Origin: Candidatus Methanomethylicia archaeon
Lineage (GTDB): Archaea > Thermoproteota > Methanomethylicia > Culexarchaeales > Culexarchaeaceae
DNA length: 64,000 bases
Reading direction: 5' to 3'
Assembly: GCA_038727515.1 (NCBI GenBank)
Contig: JAVYVS010000001.1
Span: 288,001 to 352,000, forward strand
Of this stretch, positions 18,723-29,646 are shown one piece after another; within the stretch, counting starts at the first letter, position 1; every line of letters starts with the position of its first letter. The translations under genes were made by a program, and so were the position numbers. The notes beneath the pieces were generated by a model. The model saw only the letters and a program-made list of their open reading frames with translations, had not been told where the DNA came from and searched no databases.

Positions 18723-21299
18723 TTATTGTATTATTGCGTTGAATATTGTTTTGAATGTTCCTAGTGTTTGTCCTCTGAATTGTGGTTTGAAGGCGTATAG
18801 TATTATTCTACCTTTTCCTTGGCGTGCATCTATGAGTGCTGGTTTTCTGCTTAGGTATTTCTCTCCTATTAACCATCCGCTTTGCATTATGTCTGTTTCT
18901 GGGTATGTTATTGGTGTTTGATAATCTTCATTGTTGAATGTGGGAACTAATTCTAGTATCATGCTATTATGATACATTACGTATGCTCTTTTTGGCATTC
19001 CATAACATATTGGGTGTGTATTATCTACATCTACTTTTAGTATTGTTGATGGGCAGAAGAATTCTTTGGGGTCAAGTTTCTTTGAGGGGATGTTTATTGG
19101 TAGTTTGAAGGTTTCTATGGCTAGTTCGCAGCTTGAGTTGAATGTGAGTAATGTTCCACCATTATTTACAAATTCTTTAACTTTATCTAATCCTTCCTTC
19201 TTTATTCCACTCATATATTCTGGTGGTATTGGTGGTAGAACTACTGGTCTTCTATATAATTCGGACAATGCTTTTTCAATAGCTTCTTTACTTTCTCCAA
19301 GAATTAATGCTGGTGGATCATCTGCAAATATTAGTAGATCTATTTCCTCTGGTAATTTACCATTTCTCACATGTTCATCTTTTATTATTTTATATGGGAA
19401 TCCATATTGTTCAAGTATCCATCTAGTCCAACCTTCATCCATACTTCCACCATAATAACGTTGATAAATACCTACACGAAGACGTTTAACTTCACGTAAA
19501 CCAACCTCTAATTTATTCTTTAAAGCTTTTATTGGAACATGATACTTATTGCTTAGGGATTGTAAAAGTTCTCTAACACCATTAGCATTTGGAATATAGA
19601 AGGATCCTATTGGATACGTTTCACCATCAACTTCAACTGATTCATCAATTCTATAAATCGTGAATCCACGATCTAAAAGTCCATTGACTACACCATAAGC
19701 AGGATTATACCTAGCAGACAATAAGTATCCAAATTCAGAGTTATCTACATTATACATTGGATAAATAGAACCTTCTACACGTTTAAATACTCCTTCTGGT
19801 CTAGTATTAATTAAATCTACTTTAACACCTAGAAAATCTGGAACTGTAAATGTTGCTGTATCATATGGCCTAATAGGAGTTCCATCACGTGCACGAGTCC
19901 ACTCATTATCTGGATAAATGGTTTTCTCCAATAAATATTTCAGCATACCTCTATATGGTTGAGCAGAAAATACAAAGTATGTTCCATTTGGATAAATTCT
20001 TCCATCAGCTTTAGCTTCACCTTCACAAACAAAAACTTCAACACCCCACTTCAAAATGAGATCCACAAGTTTTAAAGCAGCACTTGGATCAGCTTGAGAA
20101 TCTATTGGGATAACATAAGCATATGGAGGTTCACTTAAACCCCTTTCAATATTCCTTTTAGCTTTTAGATACATGTTGTAGAGAATTGTATCCTTCATTT
20201 TTGCAGCTAATTCTAAAGCAGCTAAATTTGAAACAAGTATTTGTTTCACAATATCCTTTAGTCTCCACCATCCTCCCGGCCATGGATTTGGAAAGCTATA
20301 TTGCTTTTTATCTCCAACCCTACCCCTATGACCTGTTAATTGATGCTTATGTATGTATATGGGCGTAGCTATCTTAACACTTGCAGATTCTGTAAGCATA
20401 GCACAAACATTCATTAAACCAGCCATATCGAGAAAACCAGCCAACATTTCAGCAGTATACGGTGGACCTCCTTCAACACCTTGAATTCCAGCTTCTTCAA
20501 GTTTTACAGCCATAAAACCTCCAAACCATTGATGCTCACGATAAACCAATGGATCTATCTCAGGACAAATAGGATCATAATATGGAGGAATATAAAATCT
20601 AGCACTATAACTACCCATTTGATGATTATCAATGAAAACTTGAGGCTTCCAATACCTATAAATGACATCTGCAAGAAGATTTGATTCCACCTGTGTAAGC
20701 ATCCAAGCATCCCTATTATTATCATGCCCCACATACTTTTGATAAAGCCATGGAAGAGAAGTCCCCTCATACTCAGTCCCCAAATACTTATAATACCAAT
20801 CAACAACCATTATCTGACCATCAGGATTAATGGAGGGAAAGAGTAGTAAAATAACATTGTCCAAGATTGTTTTAATAGTTTCATCATCACCAGTAACAAG
20901 TTTATACGCTAATTCAATGGACATTTGAGTTCCACCAACTTCAGTAGCATGCAAACTATTAGTTATAACAAAAACAACTTTACCCTCCTTAACCAACCTT
21001 TTAACCTCAATTTCACTTAAACCTCTAGGATCAGCAAGCCTATGTGAAATCCACCTATACTTCTCCAAATCCCTCAAATTCTCAGGGGAACTTATATATG
21101 CAAGTATAAATGGATTACCCTCAGTACTTTTACCAAGCTCCACAACCTTAATCCTATCAGAATTCTCAGCCAAATGGTAAAAGTATTCAACAATCTTATC
21201 CCAACGCGCAAGCTTCCTATCTTCACCAATCTCAAAACCAAAAAACTCCCTTGGACTTAAAACACCCATAAATACACCTAAAAAAGTAGATGAAAACAA
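18723..21299 (-). CDS. M14 zinc carboxypeptidase-family protein with C-terminal GATase-like domain
   Basis: LGKSTEG, HATE, NPDG, HDNNRD, DNHQMG, MDEGWTRW. The start is probably MGVLSP (21269); no signal peptide. Confidence 0.88.
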   Translation of the reverse strand: MFSSTFLGVFMGVLSPREFFGFEIGEDRKLARWDKIVEYFYHLAENSDRIKVVELGKSTEGNPFILAYISSPENLRDLEKYRWISHRLADPRGLSEIEVKRLVKEGKVVFVITNSLHATEVGGTQMSIELAYKLVTGDDETIKTILDNVILLLFPSINPDGQIMVVDWYYKYLGTEYEGTSLPWLYQKYVGHDNNRDAWMLTQVESNLLADVIYRYWKPQVFIDNHQMGSYSARFYIPPYYDPICPEIDPLVYREHQWFGGFMAVKLEEAGIQGVEGGPPYTAEMLAGFLDMAGLMNVCAMLTESASVKIATPIYIHKHQLTGHRGRVGDKKQYSFPNPWPGGWWRLKDIVKQILVSNLAALELAAKMKDTILYNMYLKAKRNIERGLSEPPYAYVIPIDSQADPSAALKLVDLILKWGVEVFVCEGEAKADGRIYPNGTYFVFSAQPYRGMLKYLLEKTIYPDNEWTRARDGTPIRPYDTATFTVPDFLGVKVDLINTRPEGVFKRVEGSIYPMYNVDNSEFGYLLSARYNPAYGVVNGLLDRGFTIYRIDESVEVDGETYPIGSFYIPNANGVRELLQSLSNKYHVPIKALKNKLEVGLREVKRLRVGIYQRYYGGSMDEGWTRWILEQYGFPYKIIKDEHVRNGKLPEEIDLLIFADDPPALILGESKEAIEKALSELYRRPVVLPPIPPEYMSGIKKEGLDKVKEFVNNGGTLLTFNSSCELAIETFKLPINIPSKKLDPKEFFCPSTILKVDVDNTHPICYGMPKRAYVMYHNSMILELVPTFNNEDYQTPITYPETDIMQSGWLIGEKYLSRKPALIDARQGKGRIILYAFKPQFRGQTLGTFKTIFNAIIQ

Positions 21300-21488
21300 T
21301 TTTTAATGCTTTCTATAACAATAGAAAGGACATTACAACTATAGTTAAAAACTGCCATTATAACTTGATAATTTACTAGAACATCATTTAACTCCATAAA
21401 AATTTAGTTAAGTTATTTACCTACATCAAATTCTTATACTACAACCATCATAGTTAAAGTTATTTATTGGTTTTACCAATGCTACCTG

Positions 21489-22388
21489 GTGTACAAATTG
21501 AAGAAGCTATGGATAATCCTCATAGCATCATTAATAATCTTCTTACTATGGATTCCAACAATACCTGGAATAATATCTGAAGAAATACGACAAATATACT
21601 TAACCTATTCAAATATCATTAGAGCTTTAACAATAATAATGATTGGCATGATCATAATAGAGACAATAGCATCAGCAATAATGATGAAATTAAGTTATTT
21701 AGGTAGAGAAGCATATATTGTTAGGAATATTATAATTGTAGGTGGATACATAATTATTGGATTCATATTGTTAACTATATTTGAAACTACTGGTACAGGT
21801 ACGATGGCAGGAGCAACAGTTACAGGGCTTGTAGTTGGTTTAGGTCTTCAACCAATAATAGCAAATCTCTTTGCAGGATTAATAATTTTAGGAACAGGAT
21901 TCATGAAGCCTGGAACAAGAATAAAAATAGCTGGAGGAATACCACTTTCACCAGTAGTCTTCCCAGCATATAAAGTGTTTAGTAAAGATGAACATATACC
22001 TACATTAAGAGGAACCATAATTGAAGTAGGATTAATGCATACAAAAATATTATCGGATGATGGAGAACTAGTAAAAATATCAAATAACATGGCATTAAAT
22101 AGCAGTATAGTTTTTGAAGAGAAAAGTGAACCAAAAACCGTAAGGGTTAGATATGAATTCCCAATAAAATACGATCCAGAAATAGTATTATCAATGCTTA
22201 AAGAAGAACTCAACAAAAACTTTAGTGACTGCAAGATATATCTTGAAGAACAAAGCGATAAAACATATTACATTGTTATTGTTATAGCAGAAGCACCACC
22301 ACACATAAAAGTCAGAGAATTTAGATCAGAAATACTAAAACAAATAATCAAAGTCCATAGAAACCTAGAACAAAGAATAAAGGAATGA
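21489..22388 (+). CDS. Small-conductance mechanosensitive channel (MscS family)
   Basis: GLVVGLGLQPIIANLFAGL, GTIIEVGLMHT, LVKISN. Confidence 0.88.
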   Translation: MYKLKKLWIILIASLIIFLLWIPTIPGIISEEIRQIYLTYSNIIRALTIIMIGMIIIETIASAIMMKLSYLGREAYIVRNIIIVGGYIIIGFILLTIFETTGTGTMAGATVTGLVVGLGLQPIIANLFAGLIILGTGFMKPGTRIKIAGGIPLSPVVFPAYKVFSKDEHIPTLRGTIIEVGLMHTKILSDDGELVKISNNMALNSSIVFEEKSEPKTVRVRYEFPIKYDPEIVLSMLKEELNKNFSDCKIYLEEQSDKTYYIVIVIAEAPPHIKVREFRSEILKQIIKVHRNLEQRIKE

Positions 22389-22390
22389 TA

Positions 22391-23263
22391 CTATTTTGGT
22401 ATTAGATGTGTTCCATCACAAGTTTCAGAAGTTTGAAGATTTCTAAATCCTTCACGACAAGTTGAAAATGTTAAACCATACTCATCAACAACACCCTTAA
22501 CCATCCTCATAATTTCAAATCTAAATTTCTCAGGCATATACCTCACACCACCAATTTTAGATCCAGACTTCAAATAAAGATCCTTTAAAAGATCAGCTTT
22601 CTCTGGAAAAGATTCTAAAACTCTATTGAAATTATCTGGTTTAGCTTTATAAGTAGATGAAACCACATGTTTAACGCCAATTTCAGCAACCCTAGAAACT
22701 ATTTCAATAATACCATTAAAATCATCATTAACGCCTGGGATTATCGGGTCAATCCTCACTGAACATGGAATACCAGCTTTACATAAAACCTTTAAAGCAT
22801 CAATTCTATCAGTTGGTGAAGGAGCATAGGGTTCCAATTTACGGGCTAGAGAATCATTTAAAGTTGTTATTGTAATACTAACAGTAAATTTACCTTTACA
22901 AAGAATATCTAAATCCCTAACAACAAGATTAGACTTAGTGATAAGTATAACTTTAGCATTAAAAGACTTTAGAAATTTTAAAGTTTCACGAGTTAAACAA
23001 AGTTTACCTTCAGGTGGAGTGTAAGGATCAGAACTATTGGCAATAGATATTGGAATAGAGAGATCAGCTTTAACGAGATCACGCCTAAGGAAAAGGAGAA
23101 ACTTATCCTTAACCCTAGGTTTAAAACCATCATGAACATAAGAAGTTATATAGCAATAACGACAACCATGACCACAACCAGTATAAGGAGATAAACTATA
23201 TTTTCCAGGGCAGGTACACAAAGGAAAATTCCAAGGATCAAATCTACTTAAAACATAAGGCAT
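22391..23263 (-). CDS. SplB-like radical SAM protein
   Basis: PYTGCGHGCRYCY, SSDPY, ITKS...RDLD, LEPYAPSP, RIDPIIPG. Confidence 0.85.
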   Translation of the reverse strand: MPYVLSRFDPWNFPLCTCPGKYSLSPYTGCGHGCRYCYITSYVHDGFKPRVKDKFLLFLRRDLVKADLSIPISIANSSDPYTPPEGKLCLTRETLKFLKSFNAKVILITKSNLVVRDLDILCKGKFTVSITITTLNDSLARKLEPYAPSPTDRIDALKVLCKAGIPCSVRIDPIIPGVNDDFNGIIEIVSRVAEIGVKHVVSSTYKAKPDNFNRVLESFPEKADLLKDLYLKSGSKIGGVRYMPEKFRFEIMRMVKGVVDEYGLTFSTCREGFRNLQTSETCDGTHLIPK

Positions 23264-23330
23264 AACAAGAAAATATTAAAGAAAATTAGAAATATAAATT
23301 ACGCTCAATTACTGCTTAATCTAATTAAAT

Positions 23331-23837
23331 TTAATGCAAATCGCTAAAATGCATTTTCCTAGCCTTCTTATCACACCAAATCACAAGTTTCATCTTTTCA
23401 TCGATATCCTTAGATTTAAGTTTATGCTCTTCAATTTTATCTACATCATATATATGAATAACTTCATATCCAAGTTCAGCTAGATAATTTGCAATATACC
23501 TCCTATGACATCTAAACCATAACCTCTCAGAACAAAGAATAATTGAACATTTATCATCAATAATCTTCAACATATTGTATATGAAAGATTTAAATTCATC
23601 AGTTTTAGCAAATTCACCATAACCCTCACGTCTATAACCACCAAGTTCAGGAAAGTGAACATATGAAATTCCAAGTTCTTTTAATTTCAATTCTAAATTC
23701 TCCTTATTAAACCAAGGAAATTTACTACTTATTGGAAAACGTCTAACATCTATAACAACCTCAACACCAAACTTAAAAAGAATATCTAAAAATTCATTAA
23801 AACTCCTAGTGGAATGTCCAAGAGTATAAATTTTCAC
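23331..23837 (-). CDS. DUF488 family protein
   Basis: IYTLGHSTR, IDVRRFP, ELGG, LCSERLWFRCHR. GTG start at 23837; the longer ORF extension is spurious. Confidence 0.88.
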   Translation of the reverse strand: MKIYTLGHSTRSFNEFLDILFKFGVEVVIDVRRFPISSKFPWFNKENLELKLKELGISYVHFPELGGYRREGYGEFAKTDEFKSFIYNMLKIIDDKCSIILCSERLWFRCHRRYIANYLAELGYEVIHIYDVDKIEEHKLKSKDIDEKMKLVIWCDKKARKMHFSDLH

Positions 23838-23910
23838 AAGTAAAAGTATTAAAATGTTGAATATATAAAAATTTATGAATAAGTAAACAAATAATAAATG
23901 AGCAGCCAAG

Positions 23911-24657
23911 GTGGTGAAAATGGTTGAAAGAGTTAAAACCGGTATACCAGGATTAGATGAAATACTTAAGGGAGGAATCCCCCGTAGAAACGTAGTTTTA
24001 CTTGCAGGAGGACCTGGAACTGGAAAAACCATAATGGGACAGCAATTTCTATACTATGGATTAAAAACTGGCGAACCGGGAATTTATGTAGCATTAGAAG
24101 AACATCCAGTACAAGTGAGGATAAACATGCAGCAATTTGATTGGGATATAAAGGAATATGAAGAACAAGGTAAATTTGCAATTGTAGATGCATTTACAGC
24201 AGGTATAGGTGAAGCAGCTAAAAGAGAGAAATATGTAGTTCCAAGCCCAGACGATTTTCCAACATTAACAGACTTAATTAGACAAGCAATAAGGGATATA
24301 AATGCTAAAAGGGTTGTGGTGGATAGTGTAACAACACTCTATATAACAAAGCCAGCAGTTGCAAGAAATATTGTACTCCAATTGAAAAAGATACTTTCAG
24401 GGCTTGGAACAACATCAATACTAATATCACAGGTAAGTGTAACTGAAAGAGGCTTTGGAGGACCTGGAGTAGAACATGCAGCTGATGGCATCATAAGATT
24501 AGATTTAGATGAAGTTCGTGGAAAACTATATAGGAGTATAATAGTTTGGAAAATGCGTGGAACAGCTCATTCAATGCAGAGACACCCCTTCGAAATAACA
24601 GATAAAGGAATAACTATATATCCAGATAAAACATTAAGTGTAGAGAGAGGTGAATAA
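23911..24657 (+). CDS. Single-domain KaiC-like/RAD55 RecA-superfamily ATPase
   Basis: TGIPGLD, Walker [31 protein letters not shown]. Confidence 0.9.
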   Translation: MVKMVERVKTGIPGLDEILKGGIPRRNVVLLAGGPGTGKTIMGQQFLYYGLKTGEPGIYVALEEHPVQVRINMQQFDWDIKEYEEQGKFAIVDAFTAGIGEAAKREKYVVPSPDDFPTLTDLIRQAIRDINAKRVVVDSVTTLYITKPAVARNIVLQLKKILSGLGTTSILISQVSVTERGFGGPGVEHAADGIIRLDLDEVRGKLYRSIIVWKMRGTAHSMQRHPFEITDKGITIYPDKTLSVERGE

Positions 24658-25090
24658 AATGAGTATAACACTCTCACCCATAGGTAGAGAAGACATAAAG
24701 AACCTTGAAACAGCACTATTAATAGAAACACTATTTAGAAGAGATGTACTAGAATTACTGAAAGATTCATCACAAAGAGTAACATGGCTAACATCACTTG
24801 GAATAGCTGCTGGAGCATTAGCAAGAGAAAAAGCAAAAATGACAGTAAAACAAATAGCAGATGAATTAGGAGTTTCAGAAGCAACCATAAGAAATCATTT
24901 AACTGGGAAGACAAAAGCAGGACAATTAATTAGAGAAACATATGAGAAATTCCTAAAGGAAGGCGTTCAATTCAAAGCAATGGAAATACTCCTACAAGAA
25001 GGAAAAATAAAGGAGAAAATAGAAGAAATCTCAAAAACAATAGAAGAATTAAACAAAAAATTCGAAGAACTAAAGAAAGTTCTACAATAA
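24650..25090 (+). CDS. KaiC-associated HTH transcriptional regulator
   Basis: [47 protein letters not shown]; overlaps the kaiC-like gene. Confidence 0.8.
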   Translation: MNKMSITLSPIGREDIKNLETALLIETLFRRDVLELLKDSSQRVTWLTSLGIAAGALAREKAKMTVKQIADELGVSEATIRNHLTGKTKAGQLIRETYEKFLKEGVQFKAMEILLQEGKIKEKIEEISKTIEELNKKFEELKKVLQ

Positions 25091-25127
25091 ACCTAGTTTT
25101 TAGGTATTTAAAATCAGAAATAAACGT

Positions 25128-26264
25128 TTATATATCTTCCCCAATAAGACTTCCAATGTTTGAGATTTCACAGACTACTTCATTGTGAATATCGTTGATA
25201 TTTGGAATTTTTATTGATGTGTTTAGTATTTGTGTTGAGAGTCTTTTTAGAGTTGATAATGTGAATTTTTGCGATATATCTATATAGAAGTATCTTAATC
25301 CATTTTCTTCCATGAAGGTTTTGATTTTATTGCTATATGCTAAGCCTATTACTGGTTTCTCCATCATGAAGGCTATTATGGATGGATGTAAACGCATGCT
25401 TACAACGTATAGTGAGTTTTTAATTAGTTTTAGTATATTTTCAAGTGGTGTAGAGCCGTATACAATTATTTTTGTCATATCTTTTTTATGGATGTTATGC
25501 ATGATTTTTCGGGTTATGTTTATGTCGGATTTAAATCCATGTTGTGCTACTAGGAAGTATATGTGTAAACCTTCGGAGTTAATTAGGTAGTTGCAGAATT
25601 CAGATATTGTATTTATAAAGTGGTTTAAATCCATGTTGGTTAGTTTGTTGTGTATGAGGAAATCCTTTAAGACGAATATTACGTATGGATCTCTTTCTAA
25701 AGTATCCTCAAATTTTAAGGAGAGTTTGTTTAGATCATTATATAATAGGAATGATAGATCTCTTACTATAAAAATATGTTTTAAGGCGCCTATGGTTTTG
25801 AAGAAAGCTTTAGAAATTATATCTCTAACACTAATTACATCGGAAATAGCAGTGAGCAATTTAGTAAGGAATTTATCGAATTTCGAAAAATTGTGTGGAA
25901 ATTCTACACCTACAGAGAGTAAAGCAATTTTGCATCTAAACAATTTAAATAAGAGTGTATATAGGAAGATGGAGAATATAGTTGCACCAGGTTGAATGAT
26001 TCCTCCACCACCCATCAACAAAACTTTACCACTAATTAAAGTTTTGAGGAATTTTATGGGATTCCTTAAAGTAATAGCTTCCACACCATAACGTGAACTA
26101 ATAAAGGATGTATCAGCTTTCAATTGGCTAGAAACAACAACGATCCTAGATTTATCAGTAAACTTACTTAAACGTTTTATAATTGCATACAGTATTATGT
26201 CATCACCAAGATTACCAGCTCCATAATACCCAAAAATAACTATTTTCCGCTTAAAAACAGCCAT
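25128..26264 (-). CDS. Polysaccharide pyruvyl transferase family (CsaB/WcaK-like)
   Basis: GYYGAGNLGD, MGGGG, SVRD, SMRLH, YSNK. Confidence 0.88.
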   Translation of the reverse strand: MAVFKRKIVIFGYYGAGNLGDDIILYAIIKRLSKFTDKSRIVVVSSQLKADTSFISSRYGVEAITLRNPIKFLKTLISGKVLLMGGGGIIQPGATIFSIFLYTLLFKLFRCKIALLSVGVEFPHNFSKFDKFLTKLLTAISDVISVRDIISKAFFKTIGALKHIFIVRDLSFLLYNDLNKLSLKFEDTLERDPYVIFVLKDFLIHNKLTNMDLNHFINTISEFCNYLINSEGLHIYFLVAQHGFKSDINITRKIMHNIHKKDMTKIIVYGSTPLENILKLIKNSLYVVSMRLHPSIIAFMMEKPVIGLAYSNKIKTFMEENGLRYFYIDISQKFTLSTLKRLSTQILNTSIKIPNINDIHNEVVCEISNIGSLIGEDI

Positions 26265-26440
26265 CTACATTCAAATACTATTTATTAGAAGAAGATAAAA
26301 GGGAAATTATGAAAAGAAAGTTTCAATAAAAATGAGAAAAGTGGAAAGGGAGTTTCATTAAAGAAAATGAATGTAAATTTAATTTTAAATTAAATTTTAC
26401 AACAAAGAATTTAATTTCTGAAGTATATCATATAGTACTG

Positions 26441-27433
26441 TTGAATGTTATGTATACTACGCATGTTGGAAGCTTCCCTCTCGAATATTGTATAGAGAAT
26501 GTTATTAAAGTGTTTCATGATATGATTGAAATAGGAATTGATTATCCACCATATCCACAATTACGAAATTTCATAGGAATATTCTTAAAACCGTTGATAG
26601 AATTAAATATTATAGTAGAGGAGAGAAATAAGTATATATTAAATGCACCAATACGAGAAAGCTTCCCATTGAAGATAAATATAAGAATTGATGAAGCTGA
26701 AATAATAGCTGAAGAAGCTGAAAAGGGAAAATCGAAATTTAAGGATGTTAGAGGATGTGTAACAGGTCCATTTACATTATCATCACAAATACAATTAACT
26801 CAGAGGGGAACTGGATTATCTTCAACTCTATTAAGTAATAAAGATCTAGTGTTAAAGTACATGGTTAAATTTGTAAGAAGTTATGTTGAATATTTCTATG
26901 ATAAATTAAAGTTTAAATTTATAGTTGTAGATGAACCAATACTATCATTAATGGTGGGAGCTAGGAAAATACTATTTGAATATAGTATTGAAGAATTAAT
27001 AGAAGCTTTAAACACGATTCTATATGGAATAGACTTTGCTGGTATACACGTATGTGGGATGATTCCTCCACTACTAAAAGAAGTACTTCTAAATACCAAG
27101 ACAATAAAGGTTTTAGATCATGAATTCAAAGATACACCAAGAAATATCAATGTATATATAAAAGAAGATTTAGAGAAGTATGATAAGTTCATCTCTTTTG
27201 GATGTATTTCATCTAAAAATCCAATTATTGAAAGTGAAGAAGAAATAATGCATCTAGTCAATGAAGGATTAAATAGATTTGGAAGTAGACTATTAATGAT
27301 AAAACCAGATTGTGGTTTCAGAAGTCTATTAGACATATCAAGAGACCCAAACAAAGCATATGAAATAGCCATAGAAAAACTAAGAAGGATAGTAAATGTC
27401 TCAAATATGCTAAAGAGAAAATTATTTGAATAA
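26441..27433 (+). CDS. Single-barrel MetE-like (core methionine synthase) protein
   Basis: HVGSFP, TGPFTL, VDEP, Zn ligands HVC and PDCG. Confidence 0.8.
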   Translation: MNVMYTTHVGSFPLEYCIENVIKVFHDMIEIGIDYPPYPQLRNFIGIFLKPLIELNIIVEERNKYILNAPIRESFPLKINIRIDEAEIIAEEAEKGKSKFKDVRGCVTGPFTLSSQIQLTQRGTGLSSTLLSNKDLVLKYMVKFVRSYVEYFYDKLKFKFIVVDEPILSLMVGARKILFEYSIEELIEALNTILYGIDFAGIHVCGMIPPLLKEVLLNTKTIKVLDHEFKDTPRNINVYIKEDLEKYDKFISFGCISSKNPIIESEEEIMHLVNEGLNRFGSRLLMIKPDCGFRSLLDISRDPNKAYEIAIEKLRRIVNVSNMLKRKLFE

Positions 27434-27579
27434 CTTACTTTAATCCTTCAGCAATTACCCAGTCTAGGGTAATTGATATTTGATAAAAATAGTTTACGTA
27501 GAGTTTATTGGTATAAGTCAATTGTTGTTTATGAAAATGCTTATATATTTGTAAACAAATCTGTTTACTTAGATTATAC

Positions 27580-27804
27580 ATGTCTAGTGTTGTTAGTGTT
27601 CGTGTAAAAGAAGAGGTTAAAAGGATTTTAGAAGAGGAGGGTATTGACATAAGTGAAGAAGTTAGGAAGTTTTTAGAGGAGCTTGCAACTAAGGTAAAGC
27701 TTAAGAAGTATATTGAAAAATGGTGTAAGCTCTTAGAGGAAGTTATTCCCAGCGAAAAAGGGTTTGCAGCAAGATCCGTGAGGGAAGATCGTGAGAGTCA
27801 TTGA
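27580..27804 (+). CDS. RHH antitoxin (VapB)
   Basis: MSSVVSVRVKEEVK...ISEEVRKFLEE...VREDRE; overlaps the PIN gene. Confidence 0.85.
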   Translation: MSSVVSVRVKEEVKRILEEEGIDISEEVRKFLEELATKVKLKKYIEKWCKLLEEVIPSEKGFAARSVREDRESH

Positions 27805-28189
27805 TTCATCATCACTAGTGAAGTTCTTTTCTCGTGAGGAAGGATGGAATAAAGTTAGAGAAGTATTATTAGAAGGTGTTGTAACACTTGATCTAGGTAT
27901 TAAAGAAGTAGCTAATGCCTTAGGGAAGAAAGTTTTGAAAGATGAAATCAATTACGATGTTGCGCAAACAATTCTTAAAGACCTCGTTGAAGAAAGAGCT
28001 ATACCCACCATAGATCAGGAGAGATTCCTTACTCAAGCCTTCACTTTAGCAGTTAATGATAATATAACAATATATGATGCTATATTCATTGTAGTAGCAA
28101 AAGAACTTAAAACAGAGCTCGTAACAAGTGATAAAAGACAGATGGATATAGCTGTGAAAAATGGTGTTAAAGTTGTATTCATAGATTAG
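27791..28189 (+). CDS. vapC: PIN-domain toxin VapC
   Basis: VIDSSSLVK, KEVANAL, TIYDAIF, LVTSD. Confidence 0.88.
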   Translation: MRVIDSSSLVKFFSREEGWNKVREVLLEGVVTLDLGIKEVANALGKKVLKDEINYDVAQTILKDLVEERAIPTIDQERFLTQAFTLAVNDNITIYDAIFIVVAKELKTELVTSDKRQMDIAVKNGVKVVFID

Positions 28190-28356
28190 TGCAGAATAAG
28201 ATATTGTAAAATCTATGAGTGTTAGAATGTTTTAGAAAATCCAGTTTTAAAGATAAATCATTAACTATATAGATTAGACAAGAGAAAAACACTGACTTAT
28301 TAAAATTGATTTATTGAAATTAAAAAGAGGGAGGATTATAGTTGAAGGGATAAAGT

Positions 28357-29553
28357 TTATGTGGGTACTGTTAAATAATCCAAGTCTTTCGGGAATTTCG
28401 TTAAAACAATGGGTTTATCGCTACCTATTACAACTGTATCTGAATGTCTAAATCCACCAAATCCATATATACAGAGCATAGGTTCAACTGTGGTAACCAT
28501 ATTGGGCTTCATAATCCTGTGATTAAAAGCCATATCATGCCAATATTCATGTCCACCTAAACCAATTCCATGACCAGTTCTATGGAAAACATAATCTCCA
28601 AAACCAGCATCCTCTATAACCTTTAAAGCGGCAGCATCAATATCTGAAACCTTATTACCAGCAACACAAGCTTCTACACCCTTAATTTGAGCCCTAGTAA
28701 CTACATCGAAGAATTTTATATGCTTATCAGTTGGTTTACCAACTACAAAGGTTCTTTCATCTTCAGCCCAATAACAATTCAATCTAACACCAACAACAGC
28801 AAGTAAAGTATCACCCTCCTGAATTCTCCTACCATTTGGCATACGCCAGCCATGAGGCATAGCACCCTCCGGACCAGTCCCAGTAAAACCAGCAGAAACT
28901 TCTATTGAAACATCTGATGGATATCTCTTTGCAGCTTCCTTCGCAATCTCATAAGCAACTTTATGCCCCACTTCAACATTTGATAAACCAATTTCAATAG
29001 TATTCTTCATAACCTCCAAACCGTAATCAGCAAGCTCAGCAGCTTTACGCATCAAGTCAAGTTCATACTCATCTTTAACCAAACGCATTTCCCTAAGAAT
29101 CCAACCAGCATCATAAACTTTAACCCTAGGTAGATTATGTTTAAAAACACTTTTAACCACGAAGTTATGTGTATCAAAACCGATATCACCTTTGAAAATT
29201 CCCCTATCCATCAACATGTTACAGAGAATATATGGAAAATCACTAGTATAATATCGTCTGCCTGTTAATCTTGGATGTTCATCATAGAAAACCACATCTT
29301 TAATCCAATGAAAACCCTTCTCTAAACCATACCTATAATGATTTATTGAAAGCTCATTTAAAATCATAAATGGCTCTCCATCCAATGGTATAACTGTAGC
29401 TACAGGTCTCTCCCAAGGTTCAACATCAAGGAAAAAGCCAGAAACATAGATAGTATTTAATGAATCAAAGATTACTAGTGCATTTAAATCTCTTTTAGCA
29501 AGAAATTCTCTAATACCATTAATACGACGTTTATAAACGTTAAAATAATCCAA
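28357..29553 (-). CDS. M24 (Xaa-Pro peptidase/creatinase fold) hydrolase
   Basis: RLVKDEYEL, MPH, ERT, HRTGHGIGL..HE, TVEP. Two of the usual metal ligands are replaced. Confidence 0.85.
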   Translation of the reverse strand: MDYFNVYKRRINGIREFLAKRDLNALVIFDSLNTIYVSGFFLDVEPWERPVATVIPLDGEPFMILNELSINHYRYGLEKGFHWIKDVVFYDEHPRLTGRRYYTSDFPYILCNMLMDRGIFKGDIGFDTHNFVVKSVFKHNLPRVKVYDAGWILREMRLVKDEYELDLMRKAAELADYGLEVMKNTIEIGLSNVEVGHKVAYEIAKEAAKRYPSDVSIEVSAGFTGTGPEGAMPHGWRMPNGRRIQEGDTLLAVVGVRLNCYWAEDERTFVVGKPTDKHIKFFDVVTRAQIKGVEACVAGNKVSDIDAAALKVIEDAGFGDYVFHRTGHGIGLGGHEYWHDMAFNHRIMKPNMVTTVEPMLCIYGFGGFRHSDTVVIGSDKPIVLTKFPKDLDYLTVPT

Positions 29554-29646
29554 TTAAATCACCAAAAATAGTTATGAAAATTAAAGGTTTATAAGATTAA
29601 AGTTTGGGAAACGTATAAATAACAATGCATTATAGCGTTTATATAG

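Noticed and set aside
23838-24032. N-terminal extensions of ORFs 23331-24032, 37975-38847, 62898-63785 and 10679-11029
   Set aside because: The first three overlap real neighbouring genes and the fourth runs through likely promoter sequence; family motifs begin at the downstream starts used.
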